A stretch of 64,000 nt of DNA from Octopus vulgaris (GCA_951406725.2 OX597815.1:201190001-201254000), one strand, 5' to 3'; shown: positions 39,186-53,693, counted from the first letter of the stretch. Translations and numbers: made by a program. The notes: generated from the letters alone by a model not told the origin.

Positions 39186-40344
39186 CATATATTTCTATAT
39201 AAATGCGTGTGTGTTCGTTTGTCCCTGCATTTATGAATCTATAGGTGATTCCGTGTTGCCATGAACACAGAAAGAAAACATCCGTAGATTTTCAATTTCG
39301 TATTTGCCAGAGAACATGACGAATGTTTTGGAGCCGCGTTCTTCTGCGTGTACTCTGTAAATTATTATCATTGTCAGACATCAGTTAGCATCAGGAAATA
39401 GTTTGTTTTACTGACTCCGATATACAAATGCTCATGCAGGATTGAACGATTAACGGTCTCTCGATGTAGAATCAATTAAGGAAACACACTTCGAGATCGA
39501 AGTACTGCAATCTTTGAAGTCTCCTTAGGCTGGTGCGTCTGTGTTATGAACTCACAACGACTAAATAGAAGATGTGGTCTTCGAGGATGATAACAAACAG
39601 CGACCACATATTCATCTCCGAATGTACCAGAATGTATGAAAGATTAAAATATGCATTATTGTCTGGATTCTAAGTTCTGTGTGCAAACTATGAACTATTA
39701 AAGCAACTTCTTCATTTGAATAATATTTCTAAAATATTTAAAATTCCTAAGGGCCACTAAGAGTTAAGTGAATTAATTATAATGAAAATGTTTGTAGAGG
39801 AGCGGTGTGCAGTTTTGTGTTGACGATTCCCGAAAGAGGAGTATGTACTGCTGCAGGCTGTAAGTGCAGTTTAATTTTATGAAATAGTGGAATTGCACAC
39901 ATAGAAACCTACCTATATACCTAAGGAAACCGCCCACACAGACTCTCACTCACCTAACCACACACTCTCGCATGCAAACTCATAAGTACATAAACACGTA
40001 CACACACACACGCATACACACAAATATATATACACTCATACACAAATTCATACGCATTATGTATCTTAAGTTTTGCAGCTTAATGTTTATGAGATTATAT
40101 TTACAACGCCAATTCTGTTATGCGTAAATATTCAGCGTATATTCCACCTTAGATGACTCTGTTGCTGCATGGTGATGTGTATGCATTAACACCCATCATA
40201 CCCATGGGTGCCCAATTAATATATCCAGTTTGTACACATACATACACGCATGTATATACATATACATATATGCATATATATGTGTGTCTGTGTGTGGTTG
40301 TGCGTCTGTGTTTATGCATGTATACGTATTAATATTGATTAGTA

Positions 40345-41100
40345 GGTATACATGCACAAGCCAACAAATTCGGTGATGGAGCGAGTCGGTTACATCGACC
40401 CTAGTACTCAGTTGGTACATATTTTATCAACCCGCTAAAAGTCGGCCTCGGCGGAATTGGAACTTAGAACGTAAAAACCGATTAAATACCGCTAAGCATT
40501 TTGCCCAGTCGCTGCTAACGATTCTGCCAGCTCACTGCCTTATGTTTATACTAATATTGGTTTCAAATTTTGGCTCAGAGCCAGCTAGTTCGGTGGAGGG
40601 TGGCGGTCGATTACATCAACCCTAGTGATGTACTTATTTTAGTTAGGTCAACTAAGATACTTTGAAATGCTGTCTCGGCACGTAAAATAAAAGAACAGTC
40701 TTATTTGGTACCCAAATAATCTCAAAATACTTATTTTGCCGTCCCGCAAGAATGGAAAGTAAATTCGGCATCGGTTGAATTTGAATCCAGAACGTAGAAA
40801 CGGAATAAATCCCGCTCAGTACTTTGTCCAGCATGCTAACGATTGTGGCAACACACCGCCCTATCAACACACTAACATTATATCCTGTTGAAGGCGGCGC
40901 ACTGACAGAATTGTTAGCAAGACGAGCAAAACAGTTAGTGGCATTTTGTAAGTCTACTCGTTATGAGTTCAAATTCCGCCAATCTCCATATTACCTTTTA
41001 TCCTTTCAGAATCGATAAAATAGGTATTCGTTGAACACTGGGGTCATGCAATTCACATATAGCTTCCCTTCATATTGCTGACCTTGTGCTAAAATTTCAA
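40345..41100. mobile_element. Cluster of three SINE family C copies (two minus, one plus)
   Basis: 40345-40540 (-), 40560-40860 (-, interrupted) and 40890-41100 (+), all similar to 52250-52486. Confidence 0.8.
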
Positions 41101-41940
41101 AGGAATATTACATGTTTTTGCATGGATATGGCGCTAACAGAACCATTAACCAAGTTTACACATAGCGGATAGATGAACGTTTACACGGCGCAGCATTCTA
41201 TATATCCATACATTGATGTGATCAAAGATTTATTTATTTTTGTTCTATGAGATCATTTTGGTGCAATTTATCATACAATATGTGTTTGTGTGCTTGCACT
41301 ATGATAATAAGTCTATATTTGAGATTATTCGGGTACCAAAAACGACTGTTCTTCTATTTTACATGCCGAGACAGCATTTCATAATATCTTAGTTGACCTA
41401 ACTAAAAGTACTTCAATTTATCGTCCATGGTAGCTTTTGCGTCTTTTCACTTGCACACTCTTTTAGGTTTTCTAATGTCTAATACTTCGAGACAGGGATC
41501 CGGTTAGAAATGAACGCAGTTCTAGTACATCAGTAGATGTGAATGTGTTAGATTTTTCTAACAATTTTGCTGTTGAAAGTCTAAGCGACATGTTTCTAAG
41601 ATTTCTATTGTTAGGGTGAGAGATTGGGTGGTGTTTATATGTACTGGATTGAGTTATTTATTCTGTGCTGCGAGACGTTAATGTAAATCAACAACGACAG
41701 CAATAACTACTGAAAGAACAACAACAGCAGCTGCAAGAAATTCTATATATGTAGTTCTACTTTTAACTGCCATTGGTCATTAATTATTTTTGTGACATGA
41801 GGGCAATTATTAATGTTGTTTGATGAGCGGTGTGTTATTTAGTGTCTGGTGTCCGGTTGCACAATTCCAGGTTTTATGTGAATAAAATTGCTCGGAATTG
41901 TTTCCTAGAATGTGTTGATACCGGAATTCTGTTGAAACTT

Positions 41941-42640
41941 TGTTGTAAGGATAACAGTAATAATGGTACACCTTTCCCATGTGACGAGTGGTACGTGCTA
42001 GTCGCTATAGATAAGGTGAGGTCGGTCAGTATGAGGAGAGAGAACGAAGTAGATAATCATAGACAGCCGTGTCTTTACTGCTGAAACTAATAATATTTCT
42101 ATGCCATAGCGGGCTTTATAAGAATCCGACATTAAGGATTACAACAAAGTCACAAATATGTTTTGTGCGAGGTTTACGGGAAAAATATCGTAAAATTATA
42201 GAAAATGCGTTTCCTGGGTTGCTCGAGTTACAAAAACAGCAACAACAGCAGCAGCTACAACAGCAGGAACAACAACAGAATCAACAACAGCAGCAATAAC
42301 TACTGAAAGAACAACAACAGCAGTTGCAACTGCAAAAACTGCAGTACAAGCAACAGCAATTACTATTACAGCAACAAATGCTGCAATTAATGAAAAGTAA
42401 ATTGTCAGAAAATGCTGAAAAGAATCTTCTTGCCTGATTATGTTGCGAACTCCACAACAGAGTTTAAGTACGAACCAGACGAAGGAGTTATATTCGAGAC
42501 TTACTATAGAAGATACGAACAAATCTTCAATAAAGAGTACAAAAAGACTATGGAAACGTGCTCAATCTTAAGAAAAGTAGCAGCAGGAGAGAACGAGGAT
42601 TACGTACTCTCACAAAACATTCTGACTTAAAATTTAAAGA
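41941..42640 (+). mobile_element. Gypsy-type LTR retrotransposon remnant: LTR plus gag start
   Basis: Candidate LTR 41941-42146 bounded by tgttgtaa...ttacaaca. Followed by a polyQ stretch and EFKYEPDEGVIFETYYRRYEQIF, a gag-like motif of K02A2.6-type elements. Confidence 0.65.
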
Positions 42641-43772
42641 TTTCAGTAGCAATATTAGATGTTGCCGAGGAGAAGGCAGAGTCGTCAGCAGTTGTGTTAA
42701 TTTTTCTAGTAGATGTGTATTTTAGTAAAATAAGACATGTCTGTAGTAACAATACTAGTAACTAAAATGACACTGACTAAAAATTGAGACGGCAAAGACA
42801 GTATTAATAATATTCAAACCATGTTAAAAATACTAACGATGAAATTGAATGAGAAGATGAAGAAGAGGCGAAATAAAAATACAATTAAATATAAAGTGGA
42901 TAAATGATGCAAAATATAAAAAAATGAAAATAAATAAATGATGAAATTAATAAAATAAGATAAACAATAAAATAAAAAAATAATAACTGATAACAGAAAT
43001 AGAATGATATATTAATGCTATGTATATATATAATTAAAAACATGATGGGGTTAAACGTAGATAAATGAGATAGCATGACTTTTTTATATTTGCTTCTTTT
43101 TTTCTTTAAATCTATTCTAAAATACGCACACCTAACTACCTACCTACATACTTACCTACATACATACTTACCTACCTACCAACATATATACACACATACA
43201 TACAGAAATATATACGCACGTATATTTATGAATGCACATATATGCATTCATGTGTGTGTATATATGTGTATGTTCGTGCGTGTTTCAGACAAATATTTGA
43301 ATAGAAAAATAGAGACATAATAACATAAAACGGGGGGATAAATTGAGAGAATGAGCAAGGAATATACACGAAAGGAAACGCTAAAATAAAAGGTCTAAAA
43401 ATATCGAGATGTGGCTTAATGAGGGTACTTGGGTGTGAAGCATGTGTATTACCCCATTCGGACTAATAGCTGAGTGTATCATCTAAACCGACACTCAGTG
43501 ACTTGTCTCAAGATGGTAACAGAGGCATATGTAGACCAAAAGAGACAAAGAAAGCACGTAGCTTTTTTGTTCTTTCTAGTTGTACCAATATTTCGTGGAC
43601 CTTCCGTTGATGCACCTAGAAGTTTTCCCCATGTGGGACTCGGGGAAATTCACGCAAGCTCCTTCCTGACTCTCTATTCCGTTTGTGTTTTTGACATGTG
43701 GGTTACTAATACACAACGAGCAGTTACTTTGATATGTTTCTTTGTCATTACTTACTTAGAACAGACTCCATA

Positions 43773-44153
43773 TGGTGGAGGCGCAATGGCCCAGTGGTTA
43801 GGGCAGCGGACTCGCGGTCGTAGGTTTCGATTCCCAGACCGGGCGTAGTGATTGTTTATTGAGCGAAAACACCTAAAAGCTCCACGAGTCTCTGACAGGA
43901 ATGGTGGTGATCCCTGCTGTACTCTTTCACTCACCACAACTTTCTCTCACTCTTACTTCCTGTTTCTGTTGTACCTGTATTTCAAAGGGCCGGCCTTGTC
44001 ACTCTCTGTGTCACTCTGAATATCCCCGAGAAATACGTTACGGGTGCATGTGTCTGTTGAGTGCTCAGCCACATACACGTTAATTTCACGAGCAGGCTGT
44101 TCCGTTGATCGGATCAACCGGAACCCACGTCGTCGGAACCGACGGAGTGCTTC
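43773..44153 (+). mobile_element. tRNA-derived SINE family B with 11-bp TSD
   Basis: A box tggcccagtggt, B box gtttcgattccc. TSD cagactccata at 43762-43772 and 44154-44164. Confidence 0.92.
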
Positions 44154-46614
44154 CAGACTCCATACGTCTACCTCTCTACAACCTTGATCATAATCTTGGT
44201 CCCACAGAAGTTTTTCTTAAATAATCTAGCTAGTTCACTCTTAGCTATATCATCTGCAAAAAAGAGCACTATCAAGCTTGGGGTATTCATAACACATATT
44301 ACATTTAGCCCTGTTACAAAACAAAAATCTGTTGGGTTTTTTGTTTGCTTTTGATTTACTCTCACCGACGGACACATATAATCCACTTGCATTAGCAAAA
44401 TGGAACTAGTCCAAAATATATACTCACAGTTCACACACCATACAAAAAAAGTCGCCACCGAATATACCTTCTATTCATAACATGTATTTCTTAATCCTTT
44501 ACTGAGTGACCCTGGCCCAAAATTGAATCGGTGACCAATTTGAACTGTTAGTCTTTCAAATTCTTGTAAAATGTGTATATGCCTGTGCGTGCCTCAATAA
44601 ATTTAACTGTATTTAAAAGAGTTCACTTATGGGGATATATGTAGTACTTATCAGGCTTCACTATTTTCATCCCAATAACATTCTTTTTTTTATATAATGC
44701 TGTATAAAGATTAATATAGTTATCTAATTTGAGTTGCATCAAAAGCACACACCTATAGAATATTTGCACTGAGTCTATTGACTGAGCTAATGTGTTTACC
44801 TATAACATGATTAAAAAATGTGTCTTTCCAAATACAGTTGCTATAATATCAACTGAAAATAGTTCGGATTCATCATTTATTTCGCTCCTATATAAAGAAT
44901 TTTCTTCCTGATACTTCTGTGCACCTTGTACTTTGTAGTGTAGCTTTTGCGTTGCAGTGGTAATGCGGTTTTTGGTACTTATACTATTATTTATTATCCA
45001 GATGAAGCACGATAAATGGTAGTATTTACAGGTTTCGTTCTGATGGATCTTAACGGTTTTATTTTTTATTTTATTTTAGGAGATACATATTCAGATTATG
45101 TTTTCAAAATATACTCAGTTAAATATTTCATCACGTCGGTTAGCAAGTACATTCTGCATTGAAACTTATCGCTATCTTCCTACATATTAGCCTCACCTAT
45201 TTTGCTATTCAAGTTAGCTACACAGATGTAAAAGTTAATTTCGATATTTACGTAGTATTGCTTTTGGAACAAATTGTTACAATTGTTTCAAACACTTATA
45301 CATCTTGACCATTATTTTCGTCCCTTACATCGAACATTTTCTGCAGAATAGTAACTACTGTATATTATATCAATTTATATGACAACGTCTTATATATATA
45401 ACACATATATCCGTATATTTATCAAGTCTGCAATTTCGATGTTCAGTTTCGCAATTTCCGACATGCCAAATCCTTTCCTGATTACCTGCATGCTGGCCAT
45501 AAATTTACTCTAATATGAATGGCGTATGGACAGTTTCGATGTTCCTTTAATTACGAAGCTGTATGTCTATTGGTCAAAGTTCAGTTGAATTAATCTGCTG
45601 GGATTTTCAGTTAGGTAAAGAAGGATGCGAACGAAATTTGCTTTGCCTTTTACAGTACAAGAATCTTGATAATTATGGTACTCTCTGTTAGTGAAATGAA
45701 TCGCTTGAATTGCCATTAGAATAGTTACAAACTTTGATAAATCTTTTATTGTTCAACTTCCGCATTATATATCATTGTGAAATACCATGTTCATTCCATT
45801 CATTTTTACAATAGATTTATTTTACAATCTACTCTTTAATAAATTAAGGCTGTCAAATTCTGCAAATTAAAATGTAAATACAAATTTATTTCAATTAATA
45901 AACGAATGAAAAACCGACTGTAATTTCGGAATGCATTTGATAAGTGAAAAGTCAATGAACGTGTAGCTTGAAATTAGTTCTAAATATCTCATGCTAAGAA
46001 GGTATTCCTTGAAGATGAGAAAAAGCGCCGACGACCTGTGCTTCACAAACCATTTGTGGGTTATTAAATAAGTGAAGCGAAAACTGATTAGTAATGTCGC
46101 AGACGCAGCGAGCATTGAAATGTTTTACATCTGTTCCGCAGCAGACATTCCAAAAGTTTATTGCCACTTGTTAGGAAGGAAAAGAAAACTCCGTTCATAA
46201 TTCTCTCCTTTCTTTTATTTAAGAATATGTAAGAATATTAATTTCTTGATCTGACTCTGACATATGAATTAATCTATTCGTCAATCGACGGTGCTTCCAT
46301 AATTGCAGCAGCGAAACGAAATACCAAAACATGTTCAAAAACCGAAACTGAAGCGCCAACTGTGTATCAATATATTAATGCTTTTAACAGATTTAATCAG
46401 CGACTAATATGCTAACACACTGACGATCCCATCACAGCAGAAAGCAATGGTGAAGTAACCGACGAATTGTACAAAAGTCTGTGACGTTTGCTTTTCCAAC
46501 CTGCGTCAATATAAAATGAACAAATTATTCATCTTGACAACGTTAGTACACGCTTCTCTCACGTGCTTCTGCAGAAAAGAGAGAGATAGAGTGTGTGTGT
46601 GCGTGAGTGAGAGA

Positions 46615-46745
46615 GAAGAAGAAGAAGAAGAAGAAGAAGAACCATAAAAAGAAGAAGGAGGAGGAGAAGAAGAGGAAGAACCAGAAGAAAAAGAAGAGGA
46701 ATAATAATAATAATGATAATAATAATAATGATAATAATAATAAGA

Positions 46746-46803
<58 letters not shown>

Positions 46804-46828
46804 TGATGATGATGATGATGATGATGAT

Positions 46829-46915
<87 letters not shown>

Positions 46916-46935
46916 AAGAAGAAGAAGAAGAAGAA
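46615..46935. repeat. Compound trinucleotide microsatellite (AAG)-(AAT)-(GAT)-(AAT)-(AAG)
   Basis: Read directly from the sequence. Confidence 0.95.
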
Positions 46936-48139
46936 TTGAGCTATGAATGTGTACCTCACTCACAATCACTTCACCGACGTCTCTCTGACAGCTGACAGTG
47001 ACATTTCTGTTTCAGTCTCTCCACAACTCCGAACGTGAGACATTTTTGCAACAACTAAGAATCGGTTTAAAATGTCTTCAAAGTATTTACCAGTTCCAAG
47101 ACTCTAGAAATCTATATTCGAGGAATAAATAGACTTTTTGGCAAACATATGCAGATTCAATGATTATTATTTCGATTAATACAAATTAGTGCGAGCCGAC
47201 ATGTATTGATTAAATTTTGACGCCTAAAACTGCAGTTACTTTCACAAATTTCGGTCTACTATACTTAGCATAACACATCTTGTGTAGACAATATAATTCT
47301 GTAAGTTGCTTCAGCAAGAACTCTTTCTAATTTGTCAACACATTCTTTATTTGGGTCATGCTAACCTACCAACATACTTAGAAACTTTCGTAATTATGTT
47401 AACGCTTCAACGAATAGCGTGCAATTGTGAATCGTAATTTAAGCAGTATATTTTCCCACCAACTTAGTCATACGCAATTTCATAAAAATTTGCAGATGTG
47501 TAAGTTAATTTGATAGAGGGGTTCGTATTGTTCTTGAACGCTTTTCTAATTTAAAAGAAGGTTAAAACATATATACGATCGATTACCATAACATTCTGAA
47601 AGTTTTCTTACGTAATTACCTTAAACAATCCTTACATTAAATATTTGAAACTTTTTTTTATAATCATACTCTATTTTGGGGTAAATGTTTATACTTAAAT
47701 ACGAATGCCATAATTATGTAATATAAACTCTGAATAAAATAATTTAACATAACCGAAAAAGCGACAAAACAATACCATTATCTACAATATTTGAAATTAA
47801 ACTGCTCAGTATCTCTGCATCGGTATTTCTTCGTCACTTCACTTATTTCTTCTCATTTATGACAAGCAATCATTTTCTTGCATCTGGCTATTCCTATCTT
47901 TCAAAGAAATTCTTTCGCATTTCTAAATATGAAAAAAAAAACAAAAACATTATGTATTAATTTTTTACAAAGATATTTCTTATGGTTCGAAATTTTAAAA
48001 TCTAAATACTAATATGGAAAAATGTTGCATTGCCAGAATGTGAGCTGTCGTGAAATATTGCAAATGACAAAACACAGTAGTTCTATCAAAAGAATATATA
48101 TATTATTCATACAGTTCTTGTATGATTTCGCACACACAC

Positions 48140-50960
48140 ATTTATATATTCTTTTATTTTTTTAATTATTCCTGTCGTAGGATTGCAGCCATAATCTGCC
48201 TTCCTTCAATTTTGTTGTCTCTTAATCGCTGGGAGTTGGAATATAACTGGGCTGAACTACTTTCAATGGTTTTCTGGTCCAGTATCATTATTGGAAGTTT
48301 TTCCAAAGCTTGTGTTTTAATTCTCCAGCACTGATCCCTTTTATATTTCGGATTTCCTTAGGTAGGCAGTGGAACAATTGAGGACATCTAGATATCAGAT
48401 TCGTACAACAGTATGATTTTGCTGGTGATATCTGAGGGGGCATATATGGAAGGTGATAGTATTTACCCGTACGTGCATTAAAATACTCTCTAATTGTTGA
48501 AGTTTGGATCACGTCACTCTCCGATTTACCATACGTATATAATAGAATATGTCTCTCTTCGGTATTCCATGCAGCAGAGACGCAGTGCTTTCCGACGTTC
48601 TCAGTAATTAAGGCTTTTAACCGAAGTTATTTTACTCGTGGACATTCATTATAACACTTCACTTTCTTCTGTGAGTCCGGATATGTTTGGAATTCAAAGT
48701 TGTGAGCTGTAATCTGATCTGTTCTGAAGTAAGGGTGTCTATAGAGTCAGTATAAACATCGGTTCTCTTGTCACGAAGATTCATATGAACCATCCCATGA
48801 GACGTACGTGTTTAAAGGTCAGTTTTGTGATATGACTGAAGAAAAATGCTTAATGGTTGCTTCAAAGTTTCCTATGCCATTAGCACTCTGAATCATTCTA
48901 TTATCTTGTGTCAGATATTGTGACTTGTGTGTGTTTCCTCCGTAATGAACAACCTGAAACTTTGGTGCATTACGTTTCGTATTCTTTTTATCTGCCCATT
49001 GATTAATGAGGTTTACCGCATCTTGAGTGTGATGGCAACTTCTGCAGTTTGGACATCTATGGAAATTTTTCATTCATTGGCGTGTGTCGCTAGGTTGAAA
49101 GATTACACCTGTGATCTTGTAATTGATAGGGAGATAATAGAGAATCATGTTCCAAGAACCTTGCACCGACATATACCAATTATTACGGGTGAATTTGCTG
49201 AAAAAAAACCCACCTGCAGCAACATTGATTATTTCTCCGAAAGAAGTGAAGGAGGCATTCTACGAGTTTTCTAGGAATGCAAAGATCTCTTGACCTATGA
49301 CAGATGATTCCTTGAACAATCTTGTAAAACGCTTTAGCAAAATCAATGTGACTGCAGTCGATGTCCTCTCCTCTAGAGAGATTGTTGAAAATAGCGTTAT
49401 GGTGCCGTAACAAAAGAGTTAGGCAACATCGTCCACTCCGAAAACCATGCTGTGTATCAACTAAGTTGTTTTCTTCAAGGTGCGTAATTAGTCTCTCTCG
49501 GTCAATGAGTTCGACAATTTTAAAGGTGTGGAATTTGAAAGAAGTGGGGTTATAGTTTTAGCTTCAGCCCTGTTACCTGCTTTGTGTATAGGTTTTACAC
49601 TTGCGATTTTCAACAGTTTTAGAATTATACCAGTATCCAGCGACTTTTGAAATAGCATATTTAATGCTCTCATGAGTATGTTTCAGTACATTTTTTACAG
49701 AATGACTGAGATCCAGATGATGAGTTTCAATCTACTTCGTTAATAGCTCTATGTACATTATCATCTGTAGTTTCATAACTTTCTAGACGTGTCTCTGCAG
49801 TTGATATCCGGGGATCAAAAGATTCCTTTCTACTATATTATTAATTATAGTTTCCAAGAAAGTATTGTTATATTATTGATTCAAGAGGATGCATGTTTGT
49901 GATGATCCATTTTGGTTCATTAGGTGTACATATTATTTTTTTTACCAAGTGGAAAAAGAACTGAGGAATAGATTTTGATATTCTCCACTGTTTTGTGTCC
50001 CTTTAGCGAATATTTTGTAAAATATATTTTTTACGTACAATGTTCTTCCTTTTTTATTCTATTTTACTTCGCTATCCCACGTTAAGAGAGTTAGTTTTGT
50101 TTTTATTTGGTACTGCTACGCTGTTGTATCCGTCTCATAGAATATTTTTCTTGCGGGAACAGGCGTGTTTATATGTTGTATGCTTTCGACAGATTTTGAT
50201 TATATCTTCGCAGAGGAATTTTATTTCTTCCTTAATACTGAGGTTGCCAATATACTGAGAGCAGTTTCTATTTAAGATTTCAGTTTCTGTTTCCTACTTC
50301 TTGACCCTCCTGAAAGTGAAGTTCATGAGCCAGGTTTGAGGTTATTTGTGTGTGATGATCACTTTGAATCATATTCAAATATTTGTATAATGCTGCAATC
50401 ACAAAGATCTGTCAGAATGACATGTATTTTGTAAAGGATGTCTGTATTTGTGGTAATGAATAGGTTGAGTATTTTATTCCTCTGGATGGAAACACTCCGT
50501 CGGTTACGACGACGAGGGTTCCGGTTGATCCGAATCAACGGAATAGCCTGTTCGTGAAATTAACGTGTAAGTGGCTGAGCACTCCACAGACACGTGTACC
50601 CTTAACGTAGTTCTCGGGGATATTCAGCGTGACACAGAGAGTGACAAGGCCGGCCCTTTGAAATACAGGTACAACAGAAACAGGAAGTAAGAGTGAGAGA
50701 AAGTTGTGGTGAAAGAGTACAGTAGGGATCACCACCATCCCCTGCCGGAGCCTCGTGGAGCTTTTAGGTGTTTTCGCTCAATAAACACACACAACGCCCG
50801 GTCTGGGAATCGAAACCGCGATCCTATGACCGCGAGTCCGCTGCCCTAACCACTGGGCCATTGCTCCTCCACTTTATTCCTCTATCTGGAGGCGTATCAG
50901 CAAGACAGCTTTCACTTATCTTTCAGAAAGACCTTTCTGAAAGTGAGTACCAGAAGACTG
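48140..50960 (-). mobile_element. Old CR1/L2-like LINE (APE end to RT), heavily frameshifted, interrupted by a SINE
   Basis: KILNLFIT (APE), LFQKSLDTGII..KIASVKPIHKAG, IDFAKAFYKI, CPQLFHCLPKEIRNI. Confidence 0.85.
50484..50872 (-). mobile_element. SINE family B inserted in the LINE, 11-bp TSD
   Basis: Reverse complement of the 43773 copy. TSD tttattcctct at 50473-50483 and 50873-50883. Confidence 0.92.
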
Positions 50961-51349
50961 AGGATCAGATTTAACTGAGTATCTTCTGACTGTTTTCACT
51001 TGTAGAAACTTTGGAAATCTCATGTATTTCGTAAGTGAGCAGGACGTTCATTTACAAACTGTATTACCCGCACTCAATCCGACGCATACACGGAGCATAC
51101 AACCCATATAATGATGCACACATGCATACACATGTACACAGCATATATTAAAGCACACACACACCAACACACACACATATGCGCGCACGCGCGCGCACAC
51201 ATACACAACAGCAACAACTAACACCGAAACCGAACAAATGAGTGGCAAAAATTTACCGTATATTTTTCATATGAATATCAATCTAAAAATGTATTTATTT
51301 CCGCATATCTTCGTCATTCCATCCATGGCTTAGACTCCTACAAGTTCGC

Positions 51350-51380
<31 letters not shown>

Positions 51381-51477
51381 ACGGGAAGCTTTATGAAAAT
51401 AGACAAAAGACGAAGGCAGGTGGAAAACAAACGAACAATTGTATTAGTATGGCGCTCAGGAAATATAAATAAAACAA

Positions 51478-51480
<3 letters not shown>
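51381..51480 (-). mobile_element. pLTR terminal fragment of a related family in (TA)n
   Basis: Similar to 18993-19090 (caaaagacgaa..ggtg..acaaac..tgtattagtat..cgctcaggaa). Confidence 0.6.
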
Positions 51481-51538
<58 letters not shown>

Positions 51539-51585
51539 TGACAGAGCTTTTCAATAAAATAATTAAAAGAAGACTTCTGATAATG

Positions 51586-51664
<79 letters not shown>

Positions 51665-51764
51665 TAATAATAATAATAATAGTAACAACAACAACAACAA
51701 CAGCAACTACGGCAAAACCAATAATAATAAGAATAGCTATGACTTTTCTTTCCCTTATTGCTCT

Positions 51765-51795
<31 letters not shown>

Positions 51796-52249
51796 TTAAT
51801 TATCCTTTTTTCCCTCTGCCGTTCTTCCCAAAACGTTTCTTTTCCTTGAAAGAGAAATATTTCCGTCATTTTTCTATTTCTTTGTAAACTCTCTCTCTCC
51901 CCCCCCTCTCTCTCTCTCTTTCTTACTCCGGTAGCAACTGTAGGTGACAGCACCAACAGTTGCCAGTCATATTCCCCACGTTTGTCTTCAATAAAGGATT
52001 AGCAAGGTAATATTCTCATGAGCTTCAACTTTACTAGAGTTCAGCAGCGACAGCAACAACAACAAGAGCCACAACATCTGAACTCACTGACCTCGTAACT
52101 GTCCACCGGTAGTAAAACATTCTTTCTTCGCCTCATTCAAGTGAACGACAATGGCGGCAAAACTTATATATCAATTAAGCATGTCCTCCGCCTCCTCCTA
52201 ATTAACGACGCTATCTTTATCATTATCGTCGTCCGCATGATGGTTATAT

Positions 52250-52486
52250 TTATTTGTTTCTTTATTACCCACAAGGGGCTAAACACAGAGAGGACAAACA
52301 AGGACAGACAAACGGACAAAGTCGATTATATCGACCCCAGTGCGTAACTGGTACTTAATTTATCGACCCCGAAAGGATGAAAGGTACAGTCGACCTCGGC
52401 GGAATTTGAACTCAGAACGTAGTGGCAGACGAAATACTGCTAAGCATTTCGCCCGGCGTGCTAACGTTTCTGCCAGCTCGCCCACC
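52250..52486 (-). mobile_element. tRNA-derived SINE family C (Nin-domain-like)
   Basis: Minus strand gagctggcagaa..gagttcaaattcc..cctttcatcctttcggggtcgataaa..agtaccag. Confidence 0.85.
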
Positions 52487-52504
52487 GCCGTCGCTACTTC
52501 TACT

Positions 52505-52660
52505 TCCCCTTCTTCTTCTTCTTCTTCTTCTTCTTCTTCTTCTTCTTCTTCTTCTTCTTCTTCTTCTTCTTCTTCTTCTTCTTCTCCCTCTTCTCCTTCT
52601 TCTTCTTCTTCTTCTTCTCCTCCTTCTTCAACTACTACTACTACTACTACTACTACTAGC
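52505..52660. repeat. (TTC)n-(CTA)n microsatellite
   Basis: Read directly from the sequence. Confidence 0.95.
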
Positions 52661-52749
52661 AACACAAAACAGACATCCTATTTTCCATTCCATCACCCTT
52701 GCAAAACAACAATAAAATCAAGCATATCGCTTCCTCGGTTTATTAAGTT

Positions 52750-53136
52750 ACTAGCAGTATCGCCCGGCGTTTCTCGGGTTTGTAAGGGAAATAACTATAA
52801 AGCATTTTTAGAGAGTTATAGCCAAAAAATAGAAAAAAAATGGGAAAAAAAATTATGGTAAATTTTTTTTTATAGTTAAAAAGGTCGAGTTGCGTCCCCT
52901 AGACCATCTGTGGTTTGTGTTTCTGATTGTCGACCCCATGTCGAATTTATCGATCTTTTTCAGAACTGGGGGAACTTTTCAAAATTTTCGCTGCGTTAGT
53001 TTTGAATTATGACATTGGGCTATGTGTGTGTCAAGTTTCATCAGAATCGGTTGAAAGCCGTGGTCAGAGTGAGGGTACAACCAAACAGAGACACAGAAAC
53101 ACACACAGACAAACTGCCGTTTATATAGAGAGAGAT
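52750..53136 (+). mobile_element. Helentron/HINE (DINE-1-like) non-autonomous element
   Basis: Starts actagcag..gcccggcgtttctcgggt (5' hairpin). Has subterminal acag(ac) repeats and ends ttatatagagagagat. Confidence 0.6.
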
Positions 53137-53301
53137 GACGTCCCACTAGCTATCAGTTTCCCATCCGCATATGGAAGATGCCAAAATAAACCAAGAAGCA
53201 CAAAGAAAACTTGTTACAATCTAGGGGTCGAAAATATGGTTCTATTGACGACGCGAAAGCTTATGTTTAACTTGCGAACACATCCCTAATCTAAAATCAC
53301 A

Positions 53302-53693
53302 TAGGCGCAGGAGTGGCTGTGTGGTAAGTAGCTTGCTTACCAACCACATGGTTCCGGTTTCAGTCCCACTGCGTGACATCTTGGGTAAGTGTCTTCTGCT
53401 ATAGCTTCGGGCCGACCAATGCCTTGTGCGTGGATTTGGTAGACGGAAACTGAAAGAAGCCTGTCGTATATATGTATATATATATATGTATGTTTGTGTG
53501 TCTGTGTTTGTCCCCCCAGCATTGCTTGACAATCGATGCTGGTGTGTTTATGTCCCCGTCACCTAGCGGTTCGACAAAGAGACCGATAGAATAAGTACTG
53601 GGCTTACAAAGAATAAGTCCCGGGGTCGATTTGCTCGACTAAAGGCGGTGCTCCAGCATTGCCGCAGTCAAATGACTGAAAGAAGTAAAAGAG
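53302..53693 (+). mobile_element. SINE family A, full length
   Basis: High identity to the 19913 copy. Confidence 0.9.

Noticed and set aside
42069-42299. PolyQ host protein
   Set aside because: Part of a decayed Gypsy gag region.
43773-43850. tRNA gene
   Set aside because: tRNA-like head of a SINE with body and TSD; same for the other SINE heads.
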